Of a stretch of 64,000 nucleotides of DNA, positions 1 through 34,221 are shown in pieces; the first letter of the stretch is position 1; each line of letters starts with the position of its first letter. Origin of the DNA: Podarcis tiliguerta (Eukaryota). The stretch lies in assembly GCA_965153285.1 (NCBI GenBank), contig OZ229121.1, one strand, 5' to 3'. Both the position numbers and the translations under genes were made by a program. The notes below the pieces were generated by a model that worked only from the letters and a program-made list of their open reading frames with translations, made no database searches and had not been told where the DNA came from.

Positions 1-1199
1 TGTGGGTTTTTAAAACGGTGTATAAAAACTAATATATATTTTTTAAAATGTCTTTTATTAAAAAAAGTTTTTGCAGAGCTATCTTTTGTTAGTTCCTGTA
101 CTGTTTGAATTGGCATTTTAATGACTCTGTGATGTTGCCTTTGTTAATTTGGATTATTTTAGATCACTGTATTTATAGCATTGTAAGCGGTTTTCAGTGG
201 GCTATGCCCCCAAAGGCAGCATGTGGATTACTTCATAAGTAAATAGAGAAAATAAACCACCTTTGCTATGGTTCTTTGTGGTAATTGGCAGGGATGGGGC
301 AGTTGCTTGCTGTGGTTAACATGTGCAGTTACTAAACGTTTGTATCTGATATTTCTAACACAAGGTTGCCATATAGGGTCAGCTTGGCTTGGTTGTGACA
401 TTTGGTTAAACCTTGATGCCCTTGGTGGAGGAGGTCTAGAATTTCTTGCCTTGTAGATTGTGGTTCAGAAAAACCAAAAATAAAATACATTTCCATTTTG
501 TTATTAGGCCTTCCAATTCACTTACTTGTCCATGGTCAGGAAAGTACTTTCTAGTCATCTCTGACACATTGCTAAGGTATTTGATCTGATATAGTATAAA
601 AAGTTGTGAAGTTCTGGAGCACCATGAATAGTTGTTTTGATTTAGTGAAACTGACTTACAGATGGTAATAGAGAAGCATGTACAGCACAAATGTAAGCCT
701 TAACCTCCTTCTCTAACTTGTGTTTACTTACATTGTGTGGCAAAGTATCTGCTGTGAGGAGCTCTTTTCCAGGAACATACTGTGCTACTGGGTTGAATCA
801 TTCTTCTTAGAAGATGTTGGCATCATAATTGTACTTGGTTCAAATAATTTGTTTTCATCAAGGTCACCAAAGGTTTATAGCCTGTGATGAGTCATGTCCC
901 TTTATCCTTTCCAGCTTCATTTTCACCTTGCGTGGAGTAAGGGATTGAGGATCCCACAGAGTGTTTGTACACAGCATGGTTTGTCATAAGGGCTTAAAAC
1001 AATGTCCATAAGATCGGCTTTTAGGAGTGTAGATTAGTGTTGCCAAAACATTCAGTTTACTCCCATTGTTTTCAGCAGTTCATTCTAGCAGTTACTCCAC
1101 AACTTAGTAGATTGTTTTTTGTTTCTAGGTTATGACCTTGTATCACATGTATATTGAACACAAAAATCCCCTGCTGATAGCTTCTTTGTGTGGTATCCC

Positions 1200-1245
1200 A
1201 ATAATAGTAGTAGTAGTAGTAGTAATAGTAGTAGTAGTAGTAGTA
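1200..1245. repeat. (TAG/TAA)n microsatellite at a LINE-like tail
   Basis: Direct reading; the source of the poly-Tyr ORF artefact. Confidence 0.95.
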
Positions 1246-2949
1246 TTTTAAAAATTGTACCCCCACCCATCTGACTGGATTGCCCCAGACGTTCTGGGCA
1301 GCTTCCAACATATATAACAATGTAAGAGATTGTAGGTGATCTCTTCCTTGTGCGTGTCTGAAGGGTTCTGAAATCCTATGTACATATTCTGATGTCTGCT
1401 CTTGAATTTATTTTTAAATAAGTTGTTATACCAACAATAGGTAGGTTTGTTCTTCAAGGATAGTGCCTTTATCAAATATGATGCCTTAGAAAAACCTGAC
1501 ACACTACTGCTATGATCACCAATACCAATGCAGTTTAGAGATTAGATTATCAGACTAGCACATGGGAGTAGGCGTAGGGTTAGGGGTACAGTCACAGGTA
1601 CACTTGCTCAGCCGGTGCTCGAAATTCCCCAAGTGCGTTTTGCTACTGGCGTGGATCCAATTGCAACCAAGTGGAGATTTCTGGGCGCCCAGTTAGCAAC
1701 TGACCTCTCCATCGAGCCAGCTGACTCACGCACAGTCCTCCATCACCACATCAAGGAAATAAGGGCAGAGCTGAGTACAGATATATTTGACAGTGCTGCA
1801 ACCTTTCCACAGGCCACCCAAATGGAACTAACGAACCACAGTTTAAAAACCTCTGCCTTAATCCATAGTTAATACCATTTCCATTTCCACTGTGCATGTT
1901 TCTCCTTCTTGCATGCTGGGACAAGTGAATTGTTGAAAGAGCAGGCTACAGTCAAGCAATATAGTTGAGACCATAGAATTGCAGTGTTGGAAGGGACCTA
2001 AGGGTCATCTGGTCCAACTCCCTGGTGAATAGACATTCTGGTGTGGTGACTGTAATCTAGATTTAAGATGCCATTTTGTGCCCAGTTTGTATATATATGA
2101 GTTTCTAACACTGCTTGTTCTGGGCCTTGGAGGGCCAAGCTAGCCAGAGGGCCACTTCAAGGGCCTGCCAGACTTATGCTATCATGCCAAAAATGCCCCG
2201 TATCTCCCATACGCTCCCAGCCTCATACCATGATTTAACAAGGTTAGAAAGTAATATAAAAAATAGCTATATTTGTGGCATAAAGCTATACATTGCATAC
2301 AAAGCTGGTGCAATATCTATAAAGAGCTCAAACATTTTAAAGCTTTCCTCCCAAAGGAAGGGAACCTTTGACTCAAACCCTTAATTTCTGCAGACAAAGT
2401 ACAAGAATAATGGAATGACAGATTTCATTAAGTCAACAGCAGATTTCTGCTCTTAATTTTCATCAGCCCCATACTTACCACATCACACTACAGTGCTTCA
2501 GTCTTGCCATCGATTCCCCACTTCTTGGTTATAATTCAAGCTTTCCTTCCAACTATTCAGTCCCTTTCATATTCCTTCCTGTGCCACCATGCCAGCCCCC
2601 CCTCTCAGTCCCCAGTATTATGTAGTTCTGACATGTTGCCAAGCTCACTGAACTTCTCATTCTGCCTAATGCGCACAGCAGTAGAAGGAAAATTGTTTGA
2701 TGGTATATATGTCAAGACTCCTGGATAAGGGGCAAATCCAGATGCAATGGCGTAATGATAATGGAAGTGCAGTGAAATACCTGATATTGAAATTAATGGT
2801 GTGAGAGGAGATATATGACTTTTGAGAGTGAATGGGAAATGGACATGGAAGATTGTTGTACATACAAATCAGATCTGATTTTTTAAAAAAAAATCTGTTC
2901 ATTATACTTATGCCATAAACAAGATGATTAAGAAATGCCAAAGTTTTTT

Positions 2950-5110
2950 TAAAAAATAGTTTTTATTAAAGATTTCATGAACTACAAAGAACTTTCAATT
3001 TCTTTCTCTTTTTTTGATCAGATTATAAAGTATTTTGGTATGTTCAATGTAAAATGTAAAACAATATGTTTCTAAAGGTAGGGGAAGAGGGGTTTTCACG
3101 TCGGTGTCAATTCTGTATATTTGTTGGTTTATATTGGCGATGAGAGAAGATTTGGAGGGGGGCAGGGCATGTTTGTTTGCCTTTAATTGCCTTTGATTAA
3201 CCGTAGTGAGATTTGTATGTGTTTGCGGAAGGGGGTATGGAATATTGGGTCAAGTTAACCATATTGATCAGTATGCTGCTGGAAGATCCCTGCTATTACT
3301 GTTGTCAGTTTGAGCCATACAGGGGTGAATGTGTCATCTTTCTTCTGTCCTCATGTCAGTTTTAGTCTGTTGGTTAACTTTTCTAACAAGGCCATTTCCC
3401 ATACAATTGGTACCAGTGGTCCATGCTTACTCCAGACAAGTCACTTCAGTGTCTTAACTATGATGTTTCTGGCTGCTGAGAGTAGGTGGGTTATAGATCT
3501 TTATGGTGCAAGTGAGCATTATTGTCTTGGAAAATATTTAATAGGGCCAATTCTGGGGTAGGTTCTCATAAGTGTTTAGTTGTGTTACATACTTTTTGTT
3601 GGACTGCTCTCCAAAAGGGTTGGATTTGGGGAAGTTGCCACCACATGTGGAGGCATGTGCCTGTATAAGTACAGCCTCTCCAGCATTTTGGTAAGCTTTC
3701 TGGATGTATTACAGTGGTACCTCCGGTTACGCCTCGCGCTGTTGCCATGCGACTTCCGCTCGCATCCTGGGGCAAAGTTCGCAACAAGGGGATCTACTTC
3801 TGGGTTAGCGGAGCTCATAACCCGCCGCGTTCGCAAGGAGGATGGTACGTAACACGAGGTTCCACTGTAATTTCAATTTCCTCGGTGTCAGATGCTATTG
3901 TTAAGTTTCAAAACAAGTTTCCTTCTTTTGGCTGAGATTTGACTTAGCCAGGATTGATGTGAATATTTTGTACTCCTGATTTATCAGTGAGATCGGGCAA
4001 TATAATTCTACTTTGAGGCTATGTTTGAGTGCTTTTGGGATAGAGACTATTTTGGAGGAGGTCCAGGTTTTTGGGATGGGGGGTCCTTATAGGATGTCAA
4101 TAAATAGGTGAGTCATGTAGGGCACCAGACTTACCATGATTTTTTTTATAGAATTCTGCTGTGAAGCCATCTGGGCCTGGGGTTTCAGATTTTTGAGGAG
4201 CATCTCTTAATTCCTCTGAAGTGATAGGACTGTCCATGAATTCGCATTGCTCTGCGGTTAAAAGTGGCATGGATAGTCCTGCTAAAACGGTTTTGATTTC
4301 TTACTCATACAGGTTCTGGGAAGAGTATAGATTAGAGTTAAATTCCACAAATTCTGAAGTTATTTCTTTGGAGGATAATGTTGTGTTTCATCTTTTTTAG
4401 TAATGCAGTGTAGTCTTGTTTTAAGTGATTTTTCCCCCCTGCACCTGTTTGCTAATAGTCTGGAGTTTTTCCCTCCATACTTGTAAAATTGTTGTTTTGA
4501 GTATAGAATGTTGATCATTGTTTTATTAATTTCTAGTGAGTCAATCTCCCTTCCTTTTTGTTCTATGAATTTATGGAGTTTTTAAAACTCCTGCTTGTTT
4601 GTATTGTGTTGAAAGAGCTGTGATGTCTTATTCAAGTTTGCTAATTTCTGAGGTTTGTTTTTTGAGTGATGCTTTCTCTTTTATGCAAGCTCCTCTAGCG
4701 ACTGCTTTCGTTGCGTCCCAGAGAAGGGGGCTTGTTAAGTTGTCTGCATTATTTTCCTTGAAATAGATTTGAAGAGTTTTCATGAGACTTTCTCTAGTTA
4801 CTAGGTTTGTGGTTAGGATAGGGCTAAAGGACCATGATGGAGTGGTTTGTGTTCCCTCTCCTAATTTAGGGGTAGTTTCCACAGGGTGTGGTCTGTTACC
4901 TTGATTTTACCAATGTTTGTTGTTTCAACCAAGGGGATCAGGCTTTATGTGAGCAGAATGCTATCCAGTCTGAACGTTGTGCCGTGGCACCTGGACTGGA
5001 ATGTGTGACTGGTGTCTCCTGGGTTTTTTTCACCCCAGATGTCCTGTAGGCCTCCATTTTTTAGCATTTTTTAATGATTTCCAGGTGGAAATCCTGCCAC
5101 CCTCTCACAT
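2950..5110 (-). mobile_element. Degraded L1/Tx1-clade LINE ORF2 fragment
   Basis: Minus-strand remnants DHTPV (endonuclease end), LWDATKAVARG, TPGPDGFTAEFYK, PISLINQEYKIFTSILA, C-terminal CWRGC..GT.LHMWW..I.PFW; many stops. Confidence 0.8.
3712..3867. mobile_element. Tc1/mariner-type (Tigger-like) MITE nested in the LINE
   Basis: TA|CAGTGGTACCTC ... GAGGTTCCACTG|TA. Confidence 0.85.
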
Positions 5111-6026
5111 AAGTTGGAGCTTGTTAAGTAAACGGTAAGAATGAAACCTTGGTAAAAACCTTGATTGTTGCTTGGCCTCCAGGATGCTCATTATCCTAGC
5201 ACAAAAAATTCAGGAAGGGACTGGTATAGTGGATTACAGCTGTCCCATTCCTAGCTTATGTGCATTTGAATCCTACTGAAGACTGAGCTTGTGTGTGCTG
5301 AGTGTAAGATTGAACCATTGTTTTTGAATAAGCTGATCACTCTTAGGCACTCTCTATTCACTGCCAGAGCTGACGAGTAAGCAAACTAGTCTTAGCGTTC
5401 TTCTGTGGATAACAAGCATTGCACCTCTTTAATTTGTGCAGCAGAGTAAAAAGCTAGTTCGTAAAAGAACTAACAAATTTAAGAAAGGCTTATTTCACTT
5501 ACCTCTTGTTCTTCCTCCAGGGAGCTTGGGGCCGTGTATGTGATTCTCCACTAACCAAGTTCATCCTCTCAGCACCCATGTGATGTAGGTTAGGTTATGA
5601 AGTAGTTCACAGACTGAACAGGAATTTGAACCCAGATCTGTCTGATCCTAGCCTGAGCCACAATTTGGCTATTCCTGCACTGTTCACTATTTCATAATCC
5701 TTCTATCATATTAATTTCAAATGCATATCCCAAATGCTATTTTCAGTTTCTCAGAAGGAAAGCCAGATGCATTCTAGATAAAGTCCAAATTGAGCAGGTC
5801 TGGGGAGGGGACTTTACTAACTTCTGCTCCAGTGGTTTTCCTGAACCAGTACGCTGCCACCATTTAATATCACTTACACTCTTTGCTGTCTTAACTTACC
5901 AATACAAAGCCAATCAGAACTAGGTACTATATTTAACAAAGATATTAAAAGTTTTATTTAATACAGGATTATATATTGCACAGGTTTGTGTGGGTACTTT
6001 AATATAGTACTGTCTCTTTAAATGGG

Positions 6027-6049
6027 TCTATCTATCTATCTATCTATCT
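6027..6049. repeat. (TCTA)n microsatellite
   Basis: Direct reading. Confidence 0.9.
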
Positions 6050-7260
6050 TACTTATTAATTTCTATCCCGCCCTTCCTCCCAAAGGACCCCAGGTAAACA
6101 CATTGATAACTTGTTACTGTCGCTTTAAATGCCAACAGCTTATTTTGCACTACTGTTACTAAACTAAGAGAGGAACCAGTCATTATGAAAGCTCCTCTGC
6201 TAGACTGCTCTTGTATTTACTGCACCCCATTTAAGCCCCACCAACACATTTGAGAGCCCTATTTCAAACCCTACTTGACCTATTGAATCGAAGGTCTGTT
6301 ATTGCTGTCCTGTCCTGAACTCTTTTCTCTGCCTCTCCTGCCAGACACCAGTGCCTAGTATTCCATACTGCCTCTCACTTCTGCTCTTCATAGACAGGTT
6401 ATCTTATCATCATCCATGCCAAGTGATTCAGCTACCCTAGTAAGTCTTAGGCTACCTAGTCGCTCTGCCTTCCTTTCAGGTCTTCTTCCTTCTTCCTCTG
6501 TTCTTCTCCTTGGTTGTTGTCATCTTCTTCTGCATTCACCACAGAGGCCAACCATCAAACGACCCTGACTGAGTAGCACCCAGCCATATATTCATATATT
6601 CATTTTTTCTGCCTCCCAACCCCCCCGGTCTAGCCCCAGCCAGTCACAATAAGAATTATGAGCCGCAACCACCAAGATACTATGCATACTTTCTATCCTC
6701 CTTTTGCATACTGAGGGTTCTGTTTCCAGCCCCTACTCAACTATCACTTAAGGCCCCTCAGTGAGAGATGAACCAAAGTTCACCTTACCAGACTTCCCCC
6801 ATCAAACATATTGCAACATACATTGCAATACGAATGACACAATATCCATTAAAAGCAGTTCATTAAATTGGTTTCATTTACAAGGTCTAAAAGGCGTAGG
6901 GGGATTGTGGTGTTACCTCCAGTCCTGCTACTGCTGTATACTAGCCCTCCCTTAAGAAGAAAGGTGCAGCTTCAACAAAAATCTGGAAGTTTGTGCTCCC
7001 ACAACTATAATGGCATCCTGTGTAGGCAGCTTTTCTCCAGCCAGTATCTCCTTTTGTATAAAGACCAGTTCTATATACATCAAAACTTTTATCTATCCTA
7101 TTCATGAAAAATCTGGTTTGATGCAGATATCAACTAGTGGGCCAGCTACGCATTTCATGTTGAGCATACTCCCTGTGCAGCAAGAAAACTGCTAGCACAT
7201 TTGCAAAGTTAAGTAGGGTCCGGTATGGTTTCACATTTGATGAGGAGCCACGTCTTGCAG

Positions 7261-7330
7261 TTCCTGCATTGCAGGGGGTTGGACTAGATGACCCTCTGAG
7301 CCCCTTCCAACTCTGCAATTCTGTGATTCT
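7261..7330 (+). mobile_element. CR1-type 3' tail (other copies at ~1973-2022 -, 11615-11760 -, 39105-39163 +, 62783-62850 -)
   Basis: GGGGGTTGGACTAGATGACC...CCCTTCCAACTCT..ATTCTGTGATTCT. Confidence 0.75.
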
Positions 7331-8869
7331 GCTAGTTCAGTAAAATGTATTTTTCCAAACTTCCATTTTTGCCTACCAAGTTGCTACATGTGAGAGTCTT
7401 TTTCCTTCTTTTTCCTGACATAACTACCACTTTCTATCATCACTAGTTTTCCATTAAATTACAAATATGCACTAAGTACGTTTGGATGTTCTTATTCCAT
7501 TACCCCCATTTCTAGACTTTAGTTCTGTGGTCTAGCATTAAATTTTAAGAATGCCAGTGTAAAAATGTGTAGGTTTGCCTTTTAAACAAGCTGTTAAAAA
7601 TGTTCCAAGTATTGTTTCATCAGTGTAGCTTGAAAGCATAGTTTTGCTTATGGTATTCCTTTTAAATATTAGTCTATATTGTAGTTTTTAAAGCCTTTAT
7701 TGATTTTCATGTATTCAGTTGACCCTGTGCTATAGTTTTAAGTTGCTCAGCTGACAACCATGCTCATAACACCTTGGCAAAAACTGTGTGAATAAGATCA
7801 CTCCATGTGTGTGATAACTCGATATAGATATGTATGAGAATGAATGAGAAAACTGGGTTTGAATTGAAACACTTCAAATATTAACTCCCCTAGAGTTTTG
7901 GTGTAGCATAGTACTGTTTATAACACAGTCAAGGGTTGGCTTTTAGAGTCTGATGAATGAAAGTCCACAGTGTAAGACTGCAGCTTTTTGTGTGCAAGAA
8001 AGAGGCATCTGTGTTATAACAAGAGGAGGAGACCCAATGTAGACAAAGCCAGAGTTCCTTCATAAAAAAGGAATGAATTATTTTCTAGCTGGAGTAAATA
8101 TTTATACAAACAAACTTTTCTTTTCAGCTGCTCATCAGGATTGCTATCGCACTACCAACTTGGCTAGAAAATTGGTTTTCGTTGCCCAACACGGCTGCAC
8201 GTGGTGATAGGGAGGCGGATGAGGAGTTCAGACAAAACTGGCTTGTCTCAAAGTAGAGCGAGAGGATTTGGCTGTTTGAAATAAAATGTAAAGTGATTGG
8301 GGGGGGGGGGGGATATGTCCAAATCAAGCAGGAAGCAGGAGCTAGATAGTATGAAAAGTGTGTAAGGAAACTCAAGCGTATAAAGAATCTAGAATGCAAG
8401 ATCTAATTTTAATTAATGCTGAAGGGGTTTCTAATGCATTCATATACATGTTGCTTGAGGCGTGGTGGTTTTTCATGGCATGGCCCTCTCTTGGTGGCAT
8501 GCTTATTATTTGGTTTGTTTTCATGTGATGGTGTTGTAATTTGGCCTTGCAGTTTTCCTACTTGTCCGACATGAGCAAGGGTGTAATCTTCTTGTCTAGA
8601 TTCCCCCCCTCCCCATTCATAGCTATGGAGAACTGACTGACTTGCTGTAAATGCTAGTTTTCACAATAGGTTTGTTGTATGCATTCATTTTGTTGCTAGT
8701 CCTTGAGCTATACTTGGAGTTCAAATAGAAAACACAAGATGGAGAAACTTTCAGGGGAAAGCCATACCCAATAGTTTTGTAAAAAGCAAACATAATTTGG
8801 GGTTTCTTACAGGCTCTTTTCACATACAGCTACCATAGAAACTAATTTTAATGTGCTCCTTTTTCACAG

Positions 8870-29726
<20,857 letters not shown>

Positions 29727-32280
29727 AGGTTTAGGAAAAGACCCTTCGGAGACAGATGCCAGACCAAAGAGAGAGACTGTAACGGACAGGTTCTGGGCAC
29801 CTGTTGGAATGATATGCAGATGTTTCACAAAGCCAGTCACTTGTTTGAGGACCAGGCCACAGTTGGCATGCTGTCTCTGAGAATGTATTCTTTAGGCTCT
29901 CTTACTTTTGAAACCCAGCTTTAAACTTAAGGACCCCTTCACTTCCCTTTTGTTCTATTCCTCACAGTTTAACATAAACTTGTTAGTCTTCTTTTATTGT
30001 TCTTGCTATTCCCCAGCAATTTTAGAACTTGGTTTAATGAAGCTTTCTCTTTTGAGTTCCACTGATTTAACAAGAAAAGGCATTGCTCTTCTAGGTCCAT
30101 TTGTAAAAGAAGAAAAGACAATTGGAGGGTGGGGTTTGGGGAGGGAGGGCGGGGTTTAGAACAAGGGCATTGACAACGAGGTTACGTGTTACTCCCAATG
30201 TTAACCAAGTGGCATTTCTTTTAAACATTTGGTTGCATTTTTACATAACACTGCCATGTATAAACTAAGGGAAGTGTTCATTGGTGTTGGCCAGGGCATG
30301 AAAAGATAAATATGCATTTTACTAAACTACCTCAGGCATTTAATACCTCAAATAAGAAATTGTTCCTTTTTTTGCTTCTTCTTTTTTCCTTTTTTTTTTC
30401 CTTTTTGGTATTTTGTATACTTTATAAAGCTAATAGTTCTTAAGCGTTTTATTTTTTTAAAAAAAGAAAAATTTGATCAGCCAATAGTCAGGAGCACTAC
30501 TACAGAGTTTATTGAGCGGGGGAAGGGAAAGAAATATAGTAGATTGCTTCTAACTGCTGGCTGACAGGAGTGAGATGGAAAAATAGAGTCTTTGATTATA
30601 TCTGAGGGTGTCAACACAATCATTTGGGGTGGGGGTGGGTAGGGAATCAGTGAATGTTCAAACGATACTTAAACAAACGCCAACATTCTGATAGCAGCAA
30701 TGCCGTTATTTTTTTCTTTTACGATGGGATGAAAAAGTTTTTGATGGTACTTTTGTTGGGAACAGAACAAGGAAGTGATGGCAAGAGGCTGGGGCTTGGG
30801 GGTAAATTTTAGAAGGTCTTTTGGAGACTGGACGTGTTTTTTTCCTTTTTGTACTTGATTGAATGCATGAACCCTTTGTGCCTTTGACCATCACAACCTA
30901 CCTACTAACGCTACACCTAAACATTTGCAGCCCATTTGTACTTCGCCAGTTCTGTTTCAGAGAGCAAGCTTCATCTTCAGTTTGGTAGGATTCTTTATCT
31001 GCTGGAGCAGTTTAGAGGTGTGGATTCTCTGCACCTCCAGCAGATAGCTCCGTACCATTTTCAGTTACCATAATATTGGGTGGGGGGAGGAGGAGGAATC
31101 GGAACGCTGTTTGATCTCATTTAAAGGTATTGAAAGGCTAAGTTTACATATCCAGCCGCTACTAAGGGCCACACTAAGCCACTTCGAAGGTTTTTTTAAA
31201 AATAAAATAAAATAAAAAGAATACAACCTCAGGCTTGGCTAATGAAATAAGATAACAGCAAGATTTATGCACATTCTGCAACTGACCACAAAAAAGGAGG
31301 AAGAAAACTTATCAAAAGGCAGGGATCGCAGGAAATTTACCAAATTTATTTTTGATTTCAGAATGTAATTTGAATCATGATTGTGGTAATATGCATTCGA
31401 GTTTCTACAATAAACTTCAGTCTACCTCAGTTTTAACAATGTGGCAACACATGGTGCATAAAGACTGCTGTGTGCGTACGCGCCTGCCCGTGTACACGAG
31501 CCTTGCTATTACCTCGGACCCTTTTGTTTGTGATGTTTCTGTGCATGAGAGGATTGGAACTGCTACGCTGCACTGAGTTGAGGGGCACAATTAGCAAAAA
31601 CAAAAAAAAAGTTTGTTTCACCATTTTGTTGATCTACCTCTTAGATTGATATTAAAATAGAGGCATTTCTTCATAGAATAGATCATTTTCCCAAAGATCG
31701 TTGTTGTACAGGTTAGATAACTTTTGAAAAATGATCTCTCTCTCTCTCTTTTTTTTTTACTGGATCTTTTCTTTACTAATTGGTTTAAAAAACACAAATC
31801 TTTGTTGTAGTTTAGCAGAAGGGAAAAATGAAAGTTTCTTTTCTATTTTGGACAGTACTTAACCTAATCTTTAGGAGACTTTTCTTACAATGAATTTACA
31901 ATTACTGAAGAATTGAGAGAAGGTCATAGTGTGAATTTTTGTTGTCTGAATTCAATATCCTTTTCTTAATATTGGGGAAAGATTGACTTGTTTTTCCATA
32001 ACAGTTTTATTTTGCAAAATAAGTGCTGCATTTACATCTGCTGGTTTAAATATTGTAATTTTTCTTAAACTTCTAGGCTTTAGAATGGTAAAATCATGTC
32101 TTTTACTTTCAATTGAGACTTGGTAATTTGGAGTACTTGGAGATAGGTAGGAAGTGATTCTGTAAATGACTTCAGTATTCACAAAAGTATTGATCATTTC
32201 TCCTCTGTAATGTGCCCCCAATGCAGCTTCACTTGCCAGATGCCTCTGAATGGAATAAAGAGTTTAACTCCTATTATCAG
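29727..32280 (+). promoter_or_regulatory. IGF2BP3: IGF2BP3 3' UTR (approximate) with let-7 seed matches and poly(A) signals
   Basis: AU-rich with no repeat elements recognised. CTACCTCA at 30327 and 31422. AATAAA at 32254-32259 is followed by a GU/U-rich tract; other AATAAA at ~31201 and 31409. The end point is inferred. Confidence 0.6.
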
Positions 32281-34086
32281 ACATATGTGACTGCTTTTGT
32301 GTTCCCTTCTTCCACAACATGGCAGTTAAATGATTTGTTGTTGAAATGAGATCTTAGCCTTATTTTGCAACCTTGCAGAAAAGGCACTGGTTGTTCTGTG
32401 TTATGGCATCCTTGCCTACCTTGGTTACCACTGAATAACTGCAAGCTTCTGAAATTTGCTTAGGGGATTTGGACTTGAAGAAAGCAGCTCAAACTGCCCA
32501 CCAACCCAATACTCTCCATGTACAAGACCTTCAATATAAGCTTAAAACTTAGCAGTCGTAAGATAATGGGGATGAGTCCTCTTCCAGTGGCCTATGACAA
32601 GAAGGAACTGATTTTTAATGGCCGATGACATGCAGTATAATGGTGCACATGGAGACAGCTGCAATTTACTTGCATGCACAGGGTTTCCTGCAGTCATCAG
32701 TGTGCTGTGGGGCAGTAAAAACAACAAACGCCAAATTTATATGCTAAGTGCCACTGTTCAAATAAGTGTCAAGCATCAGAATGCAATTATTTAGACCAAT
32801 AGCATGTCAACATCTAGAAGACAATGGTAGTTCTATCCCAATGTAAACTTGTTTCATATCATGTGCCACCTCATTAACAAGATACAAAGTAAGGCTGTAA
32901 AATGCTTGCTTGCTTTTAACTCTCTCCTAATGTTATATTTCTCTGAAAGATAATTTACAGCACACCTTGCACTTCCTTGAAAGTAGTATGTAAAGTATCC
33001 CATGCAGGGACAACTTGCACTTAGCCGACAGCAGCAATGGTGTAGAAATGAAAAACAAAGTCCCCAGTCCAATGGTAGAAATCAGAGCGGGGAGGGATGG
33101 GGGAGAGAGAACAGGACCCATTCTCTCATGACAAAGTAAAATATTTCAAAGCATTAAATTGATGTATTTCAAATGTTTAATGAACAGAAACATGCAAACC
33201 AGTAATGAGAGGACAGAACTACTGCAATATGTCTGCATGTTGCTGCATACTGATTTTTGAGTTAGTGATCCTTTAAAAAGCTAGAATAGATAATGACACC
33301 CACCCACCAAAATCAGTTCTTGGTAACAAATGCCACTTTAGGGTCTGCACTCTATAGTCTAATGGTCCGCACTCTTGGGTGGTGGTGGCTACCTAAGGAC
33401 CACTTCCAAGTGTTGCCTTAACCCTCCATGGGTTACATGTCAGTAGTGCACATTGCCAAATATACATTTCTGCGTGCAGGGGGAGTCCTAGCCATCATAG
33501 TGCTGAGATGGAAGGAGAGGTTACATTGGTTGCAAGCCTTAATTGTCAAGAACTCAACTTCAATTTTAAAGTTCCAATTGCTTTATGAGCACTTTTTCTT
33601 GCGACAGTCATTTCACTTACATGCAATAATAGCTGTGTTCATTTCTTTTGACTGTTTTAATGAAATTAATGTTTGCCACATTTTTCTAGAATGGAATGGA
33701 GGACTTCACCAGTGTGCCTGGAAATTAGTCTTTCTGTGCAGAGAAAGCAATGAATCTAAGTTGTATTTGTAGCAACTCTGTGACGTTAGATCAGTCCATT
33801 CTTCCTTCCTGCCATAGATGAAATGAAGCAAGGTTTTATTGCTTAAAACCCGGTTGTCCACTCTTTCAAACAAGCCTTTATTCATCATGAATTTAAATTC
33901 ACTATCCTAGAATGTTTTCTTCCAAGTTACCTTTAATTTGTTTCATCTATTGTATATACTGCTTATATTCAAAATATAGAGGCATTTATGCTTTCTTGAA
34001 TTTTCCACGTTTCCATTTAAAGTGATGGCAGAGGAGGAAACTAGCTCTTATGTTAGTCTGAAAGCCTGTACTCATACTGGCTAGGA

Positions 34087-34221
34087 CAGGCTTCCCTAAC
34101 CTGCAGCCCTCCAGATGTTTTGGCCTACAACTCCCATGATCCCTAGCTAACAGGGACAGTGGTCAGGGATGGTGGGAATTGTAGTCCAAAACATCTGGAG
34201 GGCCAGGTTTGCCAGTGCCTG
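34087..34221. mobile_element. Palindromic MITE, same family as 19395
   Basis: Shared core CCCTCCAGATGTTTTGG.CTACAACTCCCATGATCCCTAGCTAACAGG... Confidence 0.75.

Noticed and set aside
1072-1320. Poly-tyrosine ORF
   Set aside because: Translation of a (TAG)n microsatellite.
1-8869. Upstream IGF2BP3 exons or an intronic snoRNA
   Set aside because: No match found by eye to the expected RKLQIRNIPPHLQWE exon and no convincing C/D or H/ACA layout; a covariance-model search would be needed to exclude a snoRNA.
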